From the NCBI GenBank assembly GCA_964576115.1, contig CAZNUA010000007.1, positions 1 through 64,000 on the forward strand: a stretch of DNA of 64,000 nucleotides, read 5' to 3'. Source of the DNA: an uncultured Gemmatimonadota bacterium. GTDB lineage: Bacteria; Blakebacterota; Blakebacteria; Blakebacterales; Blakebacteraceae. Under the pieces are notes generated by a model. The model did no database searches. It was not told the origin of the DNA and saw only the letters and a list, made by a program, of their open reading frames with translations. Within the stretch, counting starts at the first letter, position 1, and each line of letters opens with the position of its first letter. A program made the position numbers and the translations under genes. Positions 28,575-38,762 of this stretch are shown here, piece after piece.

Positions 28575-30348
28575 CCGCCTCCTCGTCATCGGAGATGAAA
28601 CGTTCGACCAGATTCACGAGCCTGACCCCGATGCACCGGGTGGGACAGATCCGCAGGCAGATCCCGCACCGGATACAGCGGCTCGAATCGATCACGATGC
28701 CCGCCGTCTTGTCCCAGTGTTCGGTCCACTCGATTGTTTCGCCCAGGTACCCCTCGCCCGGTTCGATCGTGCGGGCCAGACCGATGCACTCGCGGGGGCA
28801 CTGGTCGATACACCAGCGGCAGTAGATACAGCCGTCAATGTCGATCTCGTACTTCAGGTTGCACAGGTAGCAGCGCCGGGCTTCGGCTTCGGCCCCGGAT
28901 CCATCCAGCCCCTGCTCGACCTCGACCTCCTGCCCCGCCAGACGTTCGGTCAGGGGCAGCAGGGGCATTTCCTGACGGTCGATGAAATCCCAGTCGCGGC
29001 GGCGGTCGGTATCGGTTGCGGGATCGATCGTCACGATTTCTTCCCGGCGGGTTCGCCCCGAAAGCCGGGTGTCTATCCGGGTCGCCACCGCCTTGGCCCG
29101 GCCGACCGATTCGATGACGGTCGAAGAGCCGCTCAGGAAATCCCCCGCCGCCCACAGCCCCTCGATATTGCTCGAGCCGTCGGCGGCGAAGACCGGTTCG
29201 TCGGCCAGACCGCTGCCGGCCAGAGCCGGCTCGGGCTTCTGCCCGATGGCGGCGATGACGGTATCGGCCGTCAGGGTGAATTCCGAGCCCTCGATCGGGA
29301 TGGTGCGCCGGCGGCCCCGTTCGTCGACCCCGCCGAGACGATTGCGGGCCAGGCGCACCCCCTCGACCCGGTCCGAACCGGTGATTTCAAGCGAGGTCAG
29401 CAGACTGCGGATTGCGACCCCTTCCCGTTTCGCTTCGATGATTTCCTCGTCGGTCACGCTCAGCAGCTCCTCGACCCCGAGAATGCAGATCGAGACCTCT
29501 TCGGCGCCGAGCCGCAGGGCACTGCGGGCGCAGTCGAAAGCGGTGAAACCGCCGCCGATCACGACCGTGCGTCGGCCCACGGCGGGCCGGTCACCGGTAT
29601 TGATGCGGACCATGAAATCGAGTCCGCTGTGCACACCCTCCCGGTCGGTGCCGGGGATATCCAGTTCGTAGGCGCTATAGCAACCGGCGGTGACGACCAC
29701 GGCGTCGTGACGCTCGAGCAGGTCGGCCAGGGTGACATCGGCACCCACCCGCACACCGTATTCGATCTCGACCCCCAGAGCGGTGATGAAGCCGACTTCT
29801 TCGTCGATGACACTGCGCGGCAGCCGGAAGGCGGGAATGCCGAAACGGAGCATGCCCCCGGGGGCGCTCTCCATCTCGTATATCTTCACGCGGTGGCCGA
29901 AGAGGGCCAGCGAGTGAGCGCAGGCCAGTCCCGCGGGACCCGCCCCGACGATACCGACCTCGAAACCCGAGTCGGGGAAGCGGAACTCCCCAGGCGGGAC
30001 GTCCAGAGACCGGCCGTCGGCGGCAACCCGTTTGAGGTGGCAGATTCCGACCGGCGTCCCCAGATCGGGATCGCCGTGACGGCAGGCTTCTTCGCAAGGC
30101 CGGGAACAGATCCGCCCCAGAACTCCGGGCAGCAGATTGGAGGCACGATTGATCAGCCAGGAGGCATCGAGATCATCCCGGCTGTTGGCCAGGATGTACC
30201 CGGGGATGTTGGTGTGGGCCGGGCAGGCCCACTGGCAGGGGATGTTGCTCCGGATATAGTCGATGTCCTGCGGGTGGGTGGAGACCGCCGGTTCGGGATC
30301 GCAGCACAAACCCGCCCCGCTCCCCTCCGCTGTGCTCTGATCGGACAT
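28561..30348 (-). CDS. GltD/NfnB-like flavo-iron-sulfur oxidoreductase with C-terminal 2x[4Fe-4S] domain
   Basis: PCQWACP, GRICSRPCEEAC, GAGPAG, GGMLRFGIPAFRLP, GGGFTAFDCAR, EARRCYLC, CIYCRWCIDQCP, CIRCGICLRICP. Confidence 0.9.
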   Translation of the reverse strand: MSDQSTAEGSGAGLCCDPEPAVSTHPQDIDYIRSNIPCQWACPAHTNIPGYILANSRDDLDASWLINRASNLLPGVLGRICSRPCEEACRHGDPDLGTPVGICHLKRVAADGRSLDVPPGEFRFPDSGFEVGIVGAGPAGLACAHSLALFGHRVKIYEMESAPGGMLRFGIPAFRLPRSVIDEEVGFITALGVEIEYGVRVGADVTLADLLERHDAVVVTAGCYSAYELDIPGTDREGVHSGLDFMVRINTGDRPAVGRRTVVIGGGFTAFDCARSALRLGAEEVSICILGVEELLSVTDEEIIEAKREGVAIRSLLTSLEITGSDRVEGVRLARNRLGGVDERGRRRTIPIEGSEFTLTADTVIAAIGQKPEPALAGSGLADEPVFAADGSSNIEGLWAAGDFLSGSSTVIESVGRAKAVATRIDTRLSGRTRREEIVTIDPATDTDRRRDWDFIDRQEMPLLPLTERLAGQEVEVEQGLDGSGAEAEARRCYLCNLKYEIDIDGCIYCRWCIDQCPRECIGLARTIEPGEGYLGETIEWTEHWDKTAGIVIDSSRCIRCGICLRICPTRCIGVRLVNLVERFISDDEEADDDR

Positions 30349-30556
30349 GTCGACCCCTCCCGTCACGCAGGCACGATCATTGCTGCCCGAACGAGAGCAC
30401 AGAGTATCAATCGGGAGGTCGGGAGGCAACCATCCCGGAATACTATCCCGACCGGGTCCCGTGCCCGGGGTCGGGTTGTTCTGGACATTTATTTATTATT
30501 ATCTAAATTACTTAATAACAGGAATACTGTGAACGTGAGTGCGGAGGGAGAGCAAG

Positions 30557-30946
30557 ATGGAAATGACGATCACGATGCCGGGTGGCGGCAAGGTCGATGC
30601 CCATGTGGGCCCGATGGTTATCGAGACCGACCAGGACAGAACGGCCCCGGCCCCTTTCATCCTCTTTCTGGCTTCACTGGGAACCTGTGCCGGCATCTAT
30701 GTGGCTTCTTTCTGTCAGCGTCGTGGTATCCCGCACGACGGGATCAGGATCGTTCAACGCATGAAGACCGATCCGATGACCCGTATGATCGGCGAGATTG
30801 AACTCGACATCCAGCTCCCGCCCGATTTCCCCGAGAAATACGCCGATGCCGTCGTACGCGCCGCCGAGCAGTGCGCGGTCAAGAAACACCTCGAGAATCC
30901 CCCTCGCTTCACGGTTCGCACCTCGGTTCCCGAAATGGCCTTCTGA
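30557..30946 (+). CDS. OsmC/Ohr family protein (YcaO-associated type)
   Basis: TDQ, PFILFLASLGTCAG, CAVKKH two-Cys pattern. Confidence 0.88.
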   Translation: MEMTITMPGGGKVDAHVGPMVIETDQDRTAPAPFILFLASLGTCAGIYVASFCQRRGIPHDGIRIVQRMKTDPMTRMIGEIELDIQLPPDFPEKYADAVVRAAEQCAVKKHLENPPRFTVRTSVPEMAF

Positions 30947-31158
30947 GTCGACGGCCGGTCCGGCGGCACGGATCCGCTGCAGCACCAAATCGGCACCCGC
31001 CTGAGCACCGGTTCGATCGTGGCCGCTCTTTGCCCGATTGCACCGCCGTGCAATCTTGTGCTATTTCACTTACGAGAGACAGACCGCTGCCCCGGCGATC
31101 GTGCGGGTGTGCGGTCGGTCAAGCCTAAGAACCATTCTCAAGAAGGGTCTCCCGCCTC

Positions 31159-33540
31159 ATGGCACGACTCTCAGGCTTACCTGGGACCCGAACCCTCAAG
31201 AACCGCATCAGTGAGCTGGAAAGCCAACTCCACGAACGGGAGAAAGAGCTTACCTGCCTGTTCGCTCTCTCCGACCTGATGGAGAAATCGGGGCTCGGGA
31301 TCGAAGACCTCCTGCAGAAGATCGCCGAACTCATCCCCCCCGCCCTGCAGTACCCGGCAACCGCCTGGGCCCGGATCGCCTATGACGATCGGGAGTACAC
31401 AACCGACTGGTACCGTGACACACCGTGGCGCCTGAAGCGTGAGATATCCGTCAGCAATGCAGCCGGCGGCTGTATCGAGATCGGGTATTCCGAGCAGCCC
31501 CCGGAGAGCGATATCGGCCCCTTCCTGCAGGAGGAGGGACACCTCCTGTACATCATCGCCGAACGGATCGGCCGTGCGATCGAACGCCGGGTCGGCCTGG
31601 AGCAGCTGAAATTTTCCGAAGATCTCATGCGATCGATTCTCGATTCGCTGCCCGCCGGAATCGTCGTGGTGGATCGGGAGACCAGAACGATTACCGACAT
31701 GAACCCCGCCGCCGCCGCCATGATCGGTGCTGAACGCGACCGCATCATGGGTCATATCTGCCACGATTTCATCTGCCCCTACAGTCGCGGTGCCTGTCCG
31801 ATCTGCGATGGGGGCCAGAGCGTCCGAAACAGCGAGTGCACCCTGCTGACGATCGACGGCAAGGAGGTACCGATCCTCAAGAACGTCCAGGAAGCCACTC
31901 TGCGCGGTCGACCGCACCTGGTCGAAAGCTTCGTCGACTACACCGAGCTGGGCGAGGCCCGTCAGGCGGCTGAAGCCGCCAATGTCGCCAAAGGCGAGTT
32001 TCTCGCCAACATGAGCCACGAGATACGCACTCCTATGAACTCGGTGATCGGTTTCACCGACATGCTGCTCGACACGGAATTGACCGACGAGCAGCGTGAT
32101 TTTGCGGCCACGATCAAGAGAAGCGGGGAATCCCTGCTCACCCTCATCGATGACATCCTCGATTTCTCCAAGATCGAAGCCGGCAAGCTCGACTTCGAGT
32201 CGATCGATTTCGATCCCGAGATCATGGCTCATGATGTGTGCGAGCTGATCCGGCCCCGGATCGGCACCAAACCCGTGGAAATGCTGCTGCGCATCGGCGA
32301 CGATCTGCCCGCCCAGGTGCGCGGTGATCCCGGTCGCTTCCGCCAGGTTCTAACCAACCTGATGAGCAATGCCGCGAAATTCACTCCCGCCGGCGAGATC
32401 GAACTGTCCCTCGATGTCGAGGAAGAGACGGACATGCAGATCAAGCTGCACGCTGCGGTGCGGGACACCGGCGTGGGCATCGAACCGGAACGGCTCCCCT
32501 CTCTTTTCGAACCCTTCACCCAAGCCGACGGATCCACAACCCGGCATTACGGCGGTACCGGACTCGGTCTCTCGATCTGCCGACAGATCTCCAGCATGAT
32601 GGCGGGTGACGTCCGGGTCGAAAGCGAACTGGACGTCGGCAGTACCTTCCACTTCTCCGCCTGGCTCGAACGGGCCGAGTCCAGAGCGGAGCCCAGACTC
32701 CAGAGTGTCTCACTGGCCGGAGTACGAGCCCTGATCATCGACGACAATCCCACCAACCTCGAGATCCTGCAGCATATTCTCGAACTGGCCGACATGCAGG
32801 TAACCGGCGTACAGAACCCCGGGGACGTGATCGATGAGATCGAACGGGCTTACTCGGCCGGTTCTGCTTTCGATATCGCCATTCTGGACATCCAGATGCC
32901 GGGAGTGAGCGGGTACGATCTTGCCAGCCGGATCAGAGCCGGTGACAGTCCCTGGGCAGACATGCCCCTGGTGGCTCTCTCCTCACTGATGGATCGGGAT
33001 GCCGCCCGCAGCGCCAAGGTTGGTTTCAATGGATTCCTGAGCAAACCGATACGGCGCGAAAAGATCTACCAGATGCTGGAAAGCGTCCTGGGAGAGAGGC
33101 GTATCTCCGTTCCCGGCCGGCCGGCCGGATCCCCCGCAGTGATGACCCAGTACTCGCTGCGTGAGAGAATCAAGCATTCAACACGCATCCTGCTCGCTGA
33201 GGACAATCCGGTGAACCAGAAACTGGCTGTTCTCATGCTCACCAAGGCAGGATACACCGTCGATGTGACCGGTAACGGCCGGGAGGCGATTGAACTCTTC
33301 ACGGCGTCACCCGAATCGTACGACCTCATTCTCATGGACATCCAGATGCCGGAGATGGATGGCTTCGAGGCCACCCGGACCCTGCGCGAGCAGGGAGTTG
33401 ACATCCCCATCATTGCCATGACGGCCCACGCCATGAAGGGCGATCGTGAAGCCTGTCTCGAAGCGGGGATGAACGACTACATCACCAAACCGATCAAGCG
33501 TGAAGTTGTGTTCCAGATCCTCGAGAAGTGGGTTTTTTGA
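31159..33540 (+). CDS. Cytoplasmic hybrid histidine kinase (GAF-like, PAS, HisKA, HATPase, two REC domains)
   Basis: [38 protein letters not shown]; two receiver domains with DIQMP. Confidence 0.94.
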   Translation: MARLSGLPGTRTLKNRISELESQLHEREKELTCLFALSDLMEKSGLGIEDLLQKIAELIPPALQYPATAWARIAYDDREYTTDWYRDTPWRLKREISVSNAAGGCIEIGYSEQPPESDIGPFLQEEGHLLYIIAERIGRAIERRVGLEQLKFSEDLMRSILDSLPAGIVVVDRETRTITDMNPAAAAMIGAERDRIMGHICHDFICPYSRGACPICDGGQSVRNSECTLLTIDGKEVPILKNVQEATLRGRPHLVESFVDYTELGEARQAAEAANVAKGEFLANMSHEIRTPMNSVIGFTDMLLDTELTDEQRDFAATIKRSGESLLTLIDDILDFSKIEAGKLDFESIDFDPEIMAHDVCELIRPRIGTKPVEMLLRIGDDLPAQVRGDPGRFRQVLTNLMSNAAKFTPAGEIELSLDVEEETDMQIKLHAAVRDTGVGIEPERLPSLFEPFTQADGSTTRHYGGTGLGLSICRQISSMMAGDVRVESELDVGSTFHFSAWLERAESRAEPRLQSVSLAGVRALIIDDNPTNLEILQHILELADMQVTGVQNPGDVIDEIERAYSAGSAFDIAILDIQMPGVSGYDLASRIRAGDSPWADMPLVALSSLMDRDAARSAKVGFNGFLSKPIRREKIYQMLESVLGERRISVPGRPAGSPAVMTQYSLRERIKHSTRILLAEDNPVNQKLAVLMLTKAGYTVDVTGNGREAIELFTASPESYDLILMDIQMPEMDGFEATRTLREQGVDIPIIAMTAHAMKGDREACLEAGMNDYITKPIKREVVFQILEKWVF

Positions 33541-33580
33541 CCCATACCACCAACACACGCCCGGAAAGTGAGAGCCTGAC

Positions 33581-35380
33581 ATGACCAGCTCGCACATCAC
33601 TGTCCGCCCGATCCATCTGATTGCCGGCAGTCTGACCGCTGCGATGGTGCTGTTCGGTTCCATCCCGGCCGGTCCCCCTGCCGGAGCCCGAACCTCACCG
33701 CAGGATCTCGACCTCGTCGCCCCGAGCGAGATGCGGGACTTCATCGATCGGTATTCCACCAACCGGGCGGGGCTGCAGCGTTTCTATTCGATCGGTTCCT
33801 CCCCGGTCCGCCTCGACCGGCTCGATCGGTTCTACCGCGAGTGGCGGGAACGCCTCGAGGAAGTGGATTTCACGCCCCTGGACCTGTACGGGCGAATCGA
33901 CTGGCTGCTGATGCGCACCCATCTGGACCGTGAACTCGTCCGGATCGAGCACGAACGGGAACGGCTCGCGGAAGTCGAACCGCTCATGCCGTATGCCGCC
34001 GCGATCATCGAGTTCGAGGAATCCCGCCGGCGCATGGAACCCCTCGATCCCCGCCAGGCTGCCGAACGGCTCAATACAATCACCGAACAGGTCGAGAAAC
34101 TGCAGCAAGCGATGCAGGACAGTCTGCAGGCAGCCGGTCCCGAGGGTGAGTTCTATCTGGGCCAGCCGATCGTGTTGCGGGCGACCCGGATCTCCAACCA
34201 GCTCATCCGCACCCTCAAGAGCTGGTTCGAGTACTTCACGGGGTATCAGCCCATGTTCAACTGGTGGACCAACGATGCCTATGAAAAGGCCGATAAAGCT
34301 CTCAAGGATTATGTGAAATTCTTGCGGGAGAAGGTCCTCGGCGCCAAAGAGGGCGAACCGGAACCGGTCATCGGCGATCCGATCGGGCGCGAGGCCCTGC
34401 TGGACGAACTGGCCTTCGAAATGATCCCCTACACCCCCGAGGAACTGGTCGAACTGGCCTGGGAGGAATACCACTGGTGCGAGAACGAATATAAGCGGGC
34501 GGCCGGCGAGCTGGGCTACGGGGATGACTGGCAGGCCGCGGTGGAGTACGTCAAGACCCTGCATGTGGCGCCGGGACGGCAGGACAGCCTGATCCGCGAA
34601 CTGGCCACCGAAGCCATCCGCTTCCTGGACGAACACGAGCTGGTCACCATCCCCGAGCTGGCCCGGGAAACCTGGCGGATCGAGATGATGAGCGAGGAGA
34701 GCCAGCAGACCACCCCTTACTTCACCTACGGGGGGCAGCGGATCAACGTCTCCTACCCGACCGACAGCATGACCTATGAACAGAAGCTGATGAGCATGCG
34801 GGGCAACAACATCCACTTCTCCCGCGCCACGGTTCAGCACGAACTCATTCCCGGCCATCACCTGCAGGGCTTCGCCGCCGAACGCTACCGCACCTGGCGC
34901 CGGGTTTTCCGGACCGCCTTCCTGGTCGAAGGGTGGGCCCTGCACTGGGAGATGCTGCTCTGGGATCTCGGTTTTCCGCAAAGCCCCGAGAACCGGATCG
35001 GGATGATCTTCTGGAGGATCCACCGGGCCGCCCGGATCATCGTCTCGCTCAAGTTCCACCTCGGCGAGATGACTCCGGAGGAGATGATCGACTTTCTGGT
35101 CGAGCGGGTCGGGCACGAACGCGACGGCGCCACCAGCGAAGTCCGCCGCTATGTGGGCGAAGCCTACGGGCCGCTCTACCAGTGCGCCTATCTGGTCGGC
35201 GGCTGGCAGCTGCGGGCGCTGCACGGCGAGCTGGTCGGATCGGGGCAGATGACGAACCGGGCCTTCCACGACGCCGTCCTGCGTGAAAATTCAATCCCGA
35301 TCGAAATGATCCGGCTCGGCTTGACCGCAGAGACACCGCGCCGCAACTGGCGTCCCGGCTGGCGTTTCAAAGACGACTGA
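33581..35380 (+). CDS. Exported DUF885 family protein (putative metallopeptidase)
   Basis: HELIPGHHLQ, EGWALHWE, EVRRY; signal peptide. Confidence 0.88.
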   Translation: MTSSHITVRPIHLIAGSLTAAMVLFGSIPAGPPAGARTSPQDLDLVAPSEMRDFIDRYSTNRAGLQRFYSIGSSPVRLDRLDRFYREWRERLEEVDFTPLDLYGRIDWLLMRTHLDRELVRIEHERERLAEVEPLMPYAAAIIEFEESRRRMEPLDPRQAAERLNTITEQVEKLQQAMQDSLQAAGPEGEFYLGQPIVLRATRISNQLIRTLKSWFEYFTGYQPMFNWWTNDAYEKADKALKDYVKFLREKVLGAKEGEPEPVIGDPIGREALLDELAFEMIPYTPEELVELAWEEYHWCENEYKRAAGELGYGDDWQAAVEYVKTLHVAPGRQDSLIRELATEAIRFLDEHELVTIPELARETWRIEMMSEESQQTTPYFTYGGQRINVSYPTDSMTYEQKLMSMRGNNIHFSRATVQHELIPGHHLQGFAAERYRTWRRVFRTAFLVEGWALHWEMLLWDLGFPQSPENRIGMIFWRIHRAARIIVSLKFHLGEMTPEEMIDFLVERVGHERDGATSEVRRYVGEAYGPLYQCAYLVGGWQLRALHGELVGSGQMTNRAFHDAVLRENSIPIEMIRLGLTAETPRRNWRPGWRFKDD

Positions 35381-35408
35381 AGGTTTCTCCGACAGGCTCC
35401 TGAAGCGC

Positions 35409-35433
35409 TAAACAGCACCTCCTCCCGTACGTC
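35409..35433 (+). promoter_or_regulatory. Putative ECF-sigma promoter upstream of tonB-1
   Basis: TAAAC(35409-35413)-N16-CGTC(35430-35433), 25 nt before the ATG. Confidence 0.55.
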
Positions 35434-35458
35434 GGATAGACAGAGAGGAGGTGCGGAT

Positions 35459-36142
35459 ATGGCTACTGTCTGGCGCAACCCTCATTGTGATATCCGGGAA
35501 GAATCCCGCACCGTGACCGAGCAGGCAACGGCGCTCGCTCTGAGCCTGGTCGTTCTGGGCTTTCTGTCGGTGCGCAGCTTCACCGTCCAGGCCTACACCG
35601 GAGCGGGGCGAACCGAATTCATCGACATAGAAGACATTCCCGAAACCGAACAGCTCAAGCGTCCCCCCGCCCCCACCCGGCCCCAGATGCCCGTGGCGAC
35701 CGAATCCGAGGACGTACCCGCCGACGTCACGATCGCCGACACCGATCTCGACCTCGAGGCCGTCATGCCCCCCGATCCCGCCCCGCCCGGCGCCGTGCAG
35801 CGAACCGAGCCCGAGCAGCAATACTGGATGTTCTGGGAAGAACAGCCCGAAGTCATCAAACGGGTACGGCCGAAGTACCCGGAAATCGCCCGCCAGGCCG
35901 AAGTGGAGGGATCGGTGATCGTTAAACTATGGATCAGTGCCAGAGGCGATGTCGACCGGGCTGAAGTCGTCATGGCCGATCCCCCGGGCATCTTCGAACA
36001 GGCCGCCCTCGAAGCCGTGCGGCAGTGGAAGTTCAAACCCGCGAAACAACGGGATATGGCCATTCCGGTGATGATGGCTCAACGGGTCGATTTCGTTTTG
36101 AAGGATCGAATTCCACCCGGATATTTCATACGATCCGGATAA
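35459..36142 (+). CDS. tonB: Energy transducer TonB family protein (copy 1)
   Basis: N-terminal TM, Pro-rich linker, PKYPEIARQAEVEG...WKFKPA C-terminal domain; GAGGAGG RBS. Confidence 0.9.
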   Translation: MATVWRNPHCDIREESRTVTEQATALALSLVVLGFLSVRSFTVQAYTGAGRTEFIDIEDIPETEQLKRPPAPTRPQMPVATESEDVPADVTIADTDLDLEAVMPPDPAPPGAVQRTEPEQQYWMFWEEQPEVIKRVRPKYPEIARQAEVEGSVIVKLWISARGDVDRAEVVMADPPGIFEQAALEAVRQWKFKPAKQRDMAIPVMMAQRVDFVLKDRIPPGYFIRSG

Positions 36143-36165
36143 ACCGGAACCGCTCCGCCTACGTT
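36140..36165 (+). promoter_or_regulatory. Putative ECF-sigma promoter upstream of tonB-2
   Basis: TAAAC(36140-36144)-N17-CGTT(36162-36165), 21 nt before the ATG. Confidence 0.55.
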
Positions 36166-36186
36166 TCATTATTGAGCGGGAGGCGG

Positions 36187-36852
36187 ATGACCATGTCGGA
36201 CTGGCGGAACCCGAAATACGATCTGCGTCGTGAGGCGCACCCTGTCTTTGCCCAGGCACTGTCTCTGAGTCTGGCCGTTATCACTCTGCTTTTCCTGACC
36301 AGCCTCTCCTTCGAACCCGCTCCCCGCGAGGGCGGCGGCGATTACGAAATCATCGATATCGAAGAGATCCCCGAGACCAATCAGCTCAGGGCGCCCGCCC
36401 CCCCGACCCGGCCGCAGATGCCCGTACCCACCATGGATGAAGATGTCCCCGAGGATATCACCATCCCCGATACCGATCTGAGTCTGGACATTCCCCTGCC
36501 CTCGGCGCGCCCCGCTCTGGGAGGCGGCCGTAACGGCATCGCCGGATCGGGGGAAAACCGGGTTCATACCGCCTGGGAAGAAGCCCCCATGCTGACCCGG
36601 ATGGTCATGCCCGATTACCCGCCCGACGCCCGCTCGCGGCGACTCGAAGGATTCGTGGAACTGCGCATCGTCGTGGATGCCTCGGGCAACGTGACCGAGG
36701 CCGATGTCGTCCGGGCCGATCCGCCGGGGATCTTCGAGGATAAGGCCATCGAAGCGATCATGAAGTGGAAGTACCGGCCGGCACGGCTGCGCAATGAACC
36801 GGTTTCGGTACGGATCACCCAGACGGTCGAGTTCACCCTGCGGGGACGCTGA
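36187..36852 (+). CDS. tonB: Energy transducer TonB family protein (copy 2)
   Basis: PDYPPDARSRRLEG...WKYRPA; paralogous to copy 1; GGAGG RBS (start 36187 or 36193). Confidence 0.9.
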   Translation: MTMSDWRNPKYDLRREAHPVFAQALSLSLAVITLLFLTSLSFEPAPREGGGDYEIIDIEEIPETNQLRAPAPPTRPQMPVPTMDEDVPEDITIPDTDLSLDIPLPSARPALGGGRNGIAGSGENRVHTAWEEAPMLTRMVMPDYPPDARSRRLEGFVELRIVVDASGNVTEADVVRADPPGIFEDKAIEAIMKWKYRPARLRNEPVSVRITQTVEFTLRGR

Positions 36853-36945
36853 ACCGGCCCACCCCTTTCGCCCTCGCTACAACAGATACCCCTCGATCGT
36901 CCTGACCGGGTGTTCCGCCGCCGGAACTGTACTCCGACCGGTTCC

Positions 36946-37836
36946 TCAGAGAGTCGCGATCACGAGCCCGGCTGCCAGGAAGACATTGGTGGCCAGATTC
37001 CAGGCCACGTTGGCCCCCAGAGCGGGGACCGGAACCGGTTCGCGCGGCGCCGTGAGCGCCCAGCGCACCGGCCCGAGGAGGAGCACCGAAGGGAGCATCG
37101 CCGCCAGAGCCAGGGGCGGCAGCCAGCTTGCAAGCACCGCCGCCAGGATCGAAAGGGGAGTCAGCAGCGCCGCGACGGTATAGACGATCGCCGCCGCCGG
37201 TCGTCCGAGGACGATCACCAGATGGCGGCGTCCGCCGGCCCGGTCGGCATCCTCGTCGGGGAATTCGTTCAGCAGCAGCAGATTGAAAGTCATGAAAAAG
37301 GCCGGCAGACCGGCCGCCACGGCCGCGGTCGGAAGGGTACCGTCCTGCATAGTCGCCACCCCCACCACCGCCAGCCAGCCCAGACCGAGACCGGCTGCGA
37401 CCTCTCCCAGTACCCAGCGGGCCAGGATATCGGAATAGGCCAGGACCAGGATCGCCCCGATCACGATGAAGGGCAGGACAATCATTCCCAGCCGGGTCAG
37501 GAACCAGAGCCCGATGCCGAGCCCGACCGCCGCACAGATCAGACTGTAGACGAACGCCCGACGCCGGCTGAGACGTCCGCCGGGGATGGTCTTGCTCCCC
37601 CCGGAGAAAGGCGTGGGCTCGGTACGATCATCGATGCCGGTCCGGGCGTCGCTGACCTCATTCATGACATTGACGGCGATATGCAGTGCCAGCAGGGCGA
37701 TGAAGGCCAGCACCGTGTGGACCGGGTCGACGTGTCCCTCCCAGGCCGCTGCGGCCGCTCCCGCCGCCGCCAGGGTGACCGGTAGAATCAGAAAGGGCGC
37801 GCGCGACACCCCGGCATAGGCTGCGATCCTCGACAT
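36946..37836 (-). CDS. menA: UbiA family prenyltransferase, MenA-like
   Basis: NEVSDARTGID, PFSGGS, NEFPDEDADRAGGRR Asp-rich motifs; multiple TMs. Confidence 0.8.
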   Translation of the reverse strand: MSRIAAYAGVSRAPFLILPVTLAAAGAAAAAWEGHVDPVHTVLAFIALLALHIAVNVMNEVSDARTGIDDRTEPTPFSGGSKTIPGGRLSRRRAFVYSLICAAVGLGIGLWFLTRLGMIVLPFIVIGAILVLAYSDILARWVLGEVAAGLGLGWLAVVGVATMQDGTLPTAAVAAGLPAFFMTFNLLLLNEFPDEDADRAGGRRHLVIVLGRPAAAIVYTVAALLTPLSILAAVLASWLPPLALAAMLPSVLLLGPVRWALTAPREPVPVPALGANVAWNLATNVFLAAGLVIATL

Positions 37837-37893
37837 TCATCTTCCTCCTTGCCCGCTGCGCCCGCCGTCAGCAGTCCGGTTTGCGTTCAGCAT

Positions 37894-37914
37894 GCTGTGA
37901 CGTGCGATCACAGC
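37894..37914. promoter_or_regulatory. Inverted repeat GCTGTGA-N7-TCACAGC upstream of menA
   Basis: Perfect 7-bp arms directly following a minus-strand TTGACG (-35-like, 37915-37920). Confidence 0.45.
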
Positions 37915-38159
37915 CGTCAACAGCGATATCGCCCGCCGCACGATATACATTTCGGACTGCCAAGAATTGTGGCCGGCGGACTCGGCCCGATGTACTTTTC
38001 CCCCCGCCGTCCCCGGGAATCTACCTCGCCGGACAGTCGTCCGGTGACAACCGTCCCCCGCGGTCATCGGGGTCGATTTGAACCTGTCGGGGAGTGGCCG
38101 CTGCTACTACAATACGGGTTCTGAATTCACAAGCCCAGCGACAAGGACGGTACGATCGT

Positions 38160-38762
38160 ATGGACGTTCAGCTAGGCAACCTGATCGAGAAACTCCGGCA
38201 GGAGGGGGTGGAGGAAGCCCGTCGCGCCTCGGAGGAGATGATCGCCGCGGCCCGCACCGAAGCCGACGGCATCCTCGCCGAAGCTCGAGCTGAAGCCGAC
38301 CGGATCCTCGCCGAAGCCCGGGCCGAAGCCGACCGGCTGCAGAGCAACGGCGAGTTGGCCCTGCGGCAGGCGGGCCGTGACGCCGAACTGCTCATGAAGA
38401 GCGAGATCACCGCTCTTTTCGACCGGGTCTTTCAGCGCACGGTCGCCGAGACATTGAAACCGGATGTCCTCACCAGGATGATCACCGAACTCCTGGCGGG
38501 CTGGGATGAGGGTGGCCGGGCCGAGATCGTCCTGAGCGCCGATGACCTCGCGGCTCTCGAGAAACAGCTTTTTGCCGCCGTCGGCGAGGAACTGCAAAAG
38601 ACCGTCACACTGACCCCGTCGGACGAGGTCGCGCACGGGTTCCGGATCGGCCGCGAGGGAGAAAACGCCTGGTACGATTTCACCGACGAGAGCATCGCCG
38701 AAGCTCTGAGACAGTTCCTGCAGCCGCGACTCAAGGAGATCCTGGACGGCACGGATGGATAA
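38160..38762 (+). CDS. ntpE: V/A-type ATP synthase subunit E
   Basis: MDVQL..LIEKLRQEGVEEA, coiled-coil repeats, GFRIG, YDFTDE; first gene of the operon. Confidence 0.88.
   Translation: MDVQLGNLIEKLRQEGVEEARRASEEMIAAARTEADGILAEARAEADRILAEARAEADRLQSNGELALRQAGRDAELLMKSEITALFDRVFQRTVAETLKPDVLTRMITELLAGWDEGGRAEIVLSADDLAALEKQLFAAVGEELQKTVTLTPSDEVAHGFRIGREGENAWYDFTDESIAEALRQFLQPRLKEILDGTDG

Noticed and set aside
28561-30348. DsrL (dissimilatory sulfur metabolism)
   Set aside because: Similar domain order, but no dsr genes are present, the linker motif is RCYLCN rather than the DsrL RCMSCG-type cluster, and the context is korAB.
37896-37912. Canonical CRP/FNR or Rex site
   Set aside because: Half-site spacing is 7, not 6; kept only as an unassigned inverted repeat.
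38260-38335. Tandem 33-nt repeat in V-ATPase subunit E
   Set aside because: Encodes the ordinary EAD.ILAEARA coiled-coil repeat; not a CRISPR or mobile repeat.
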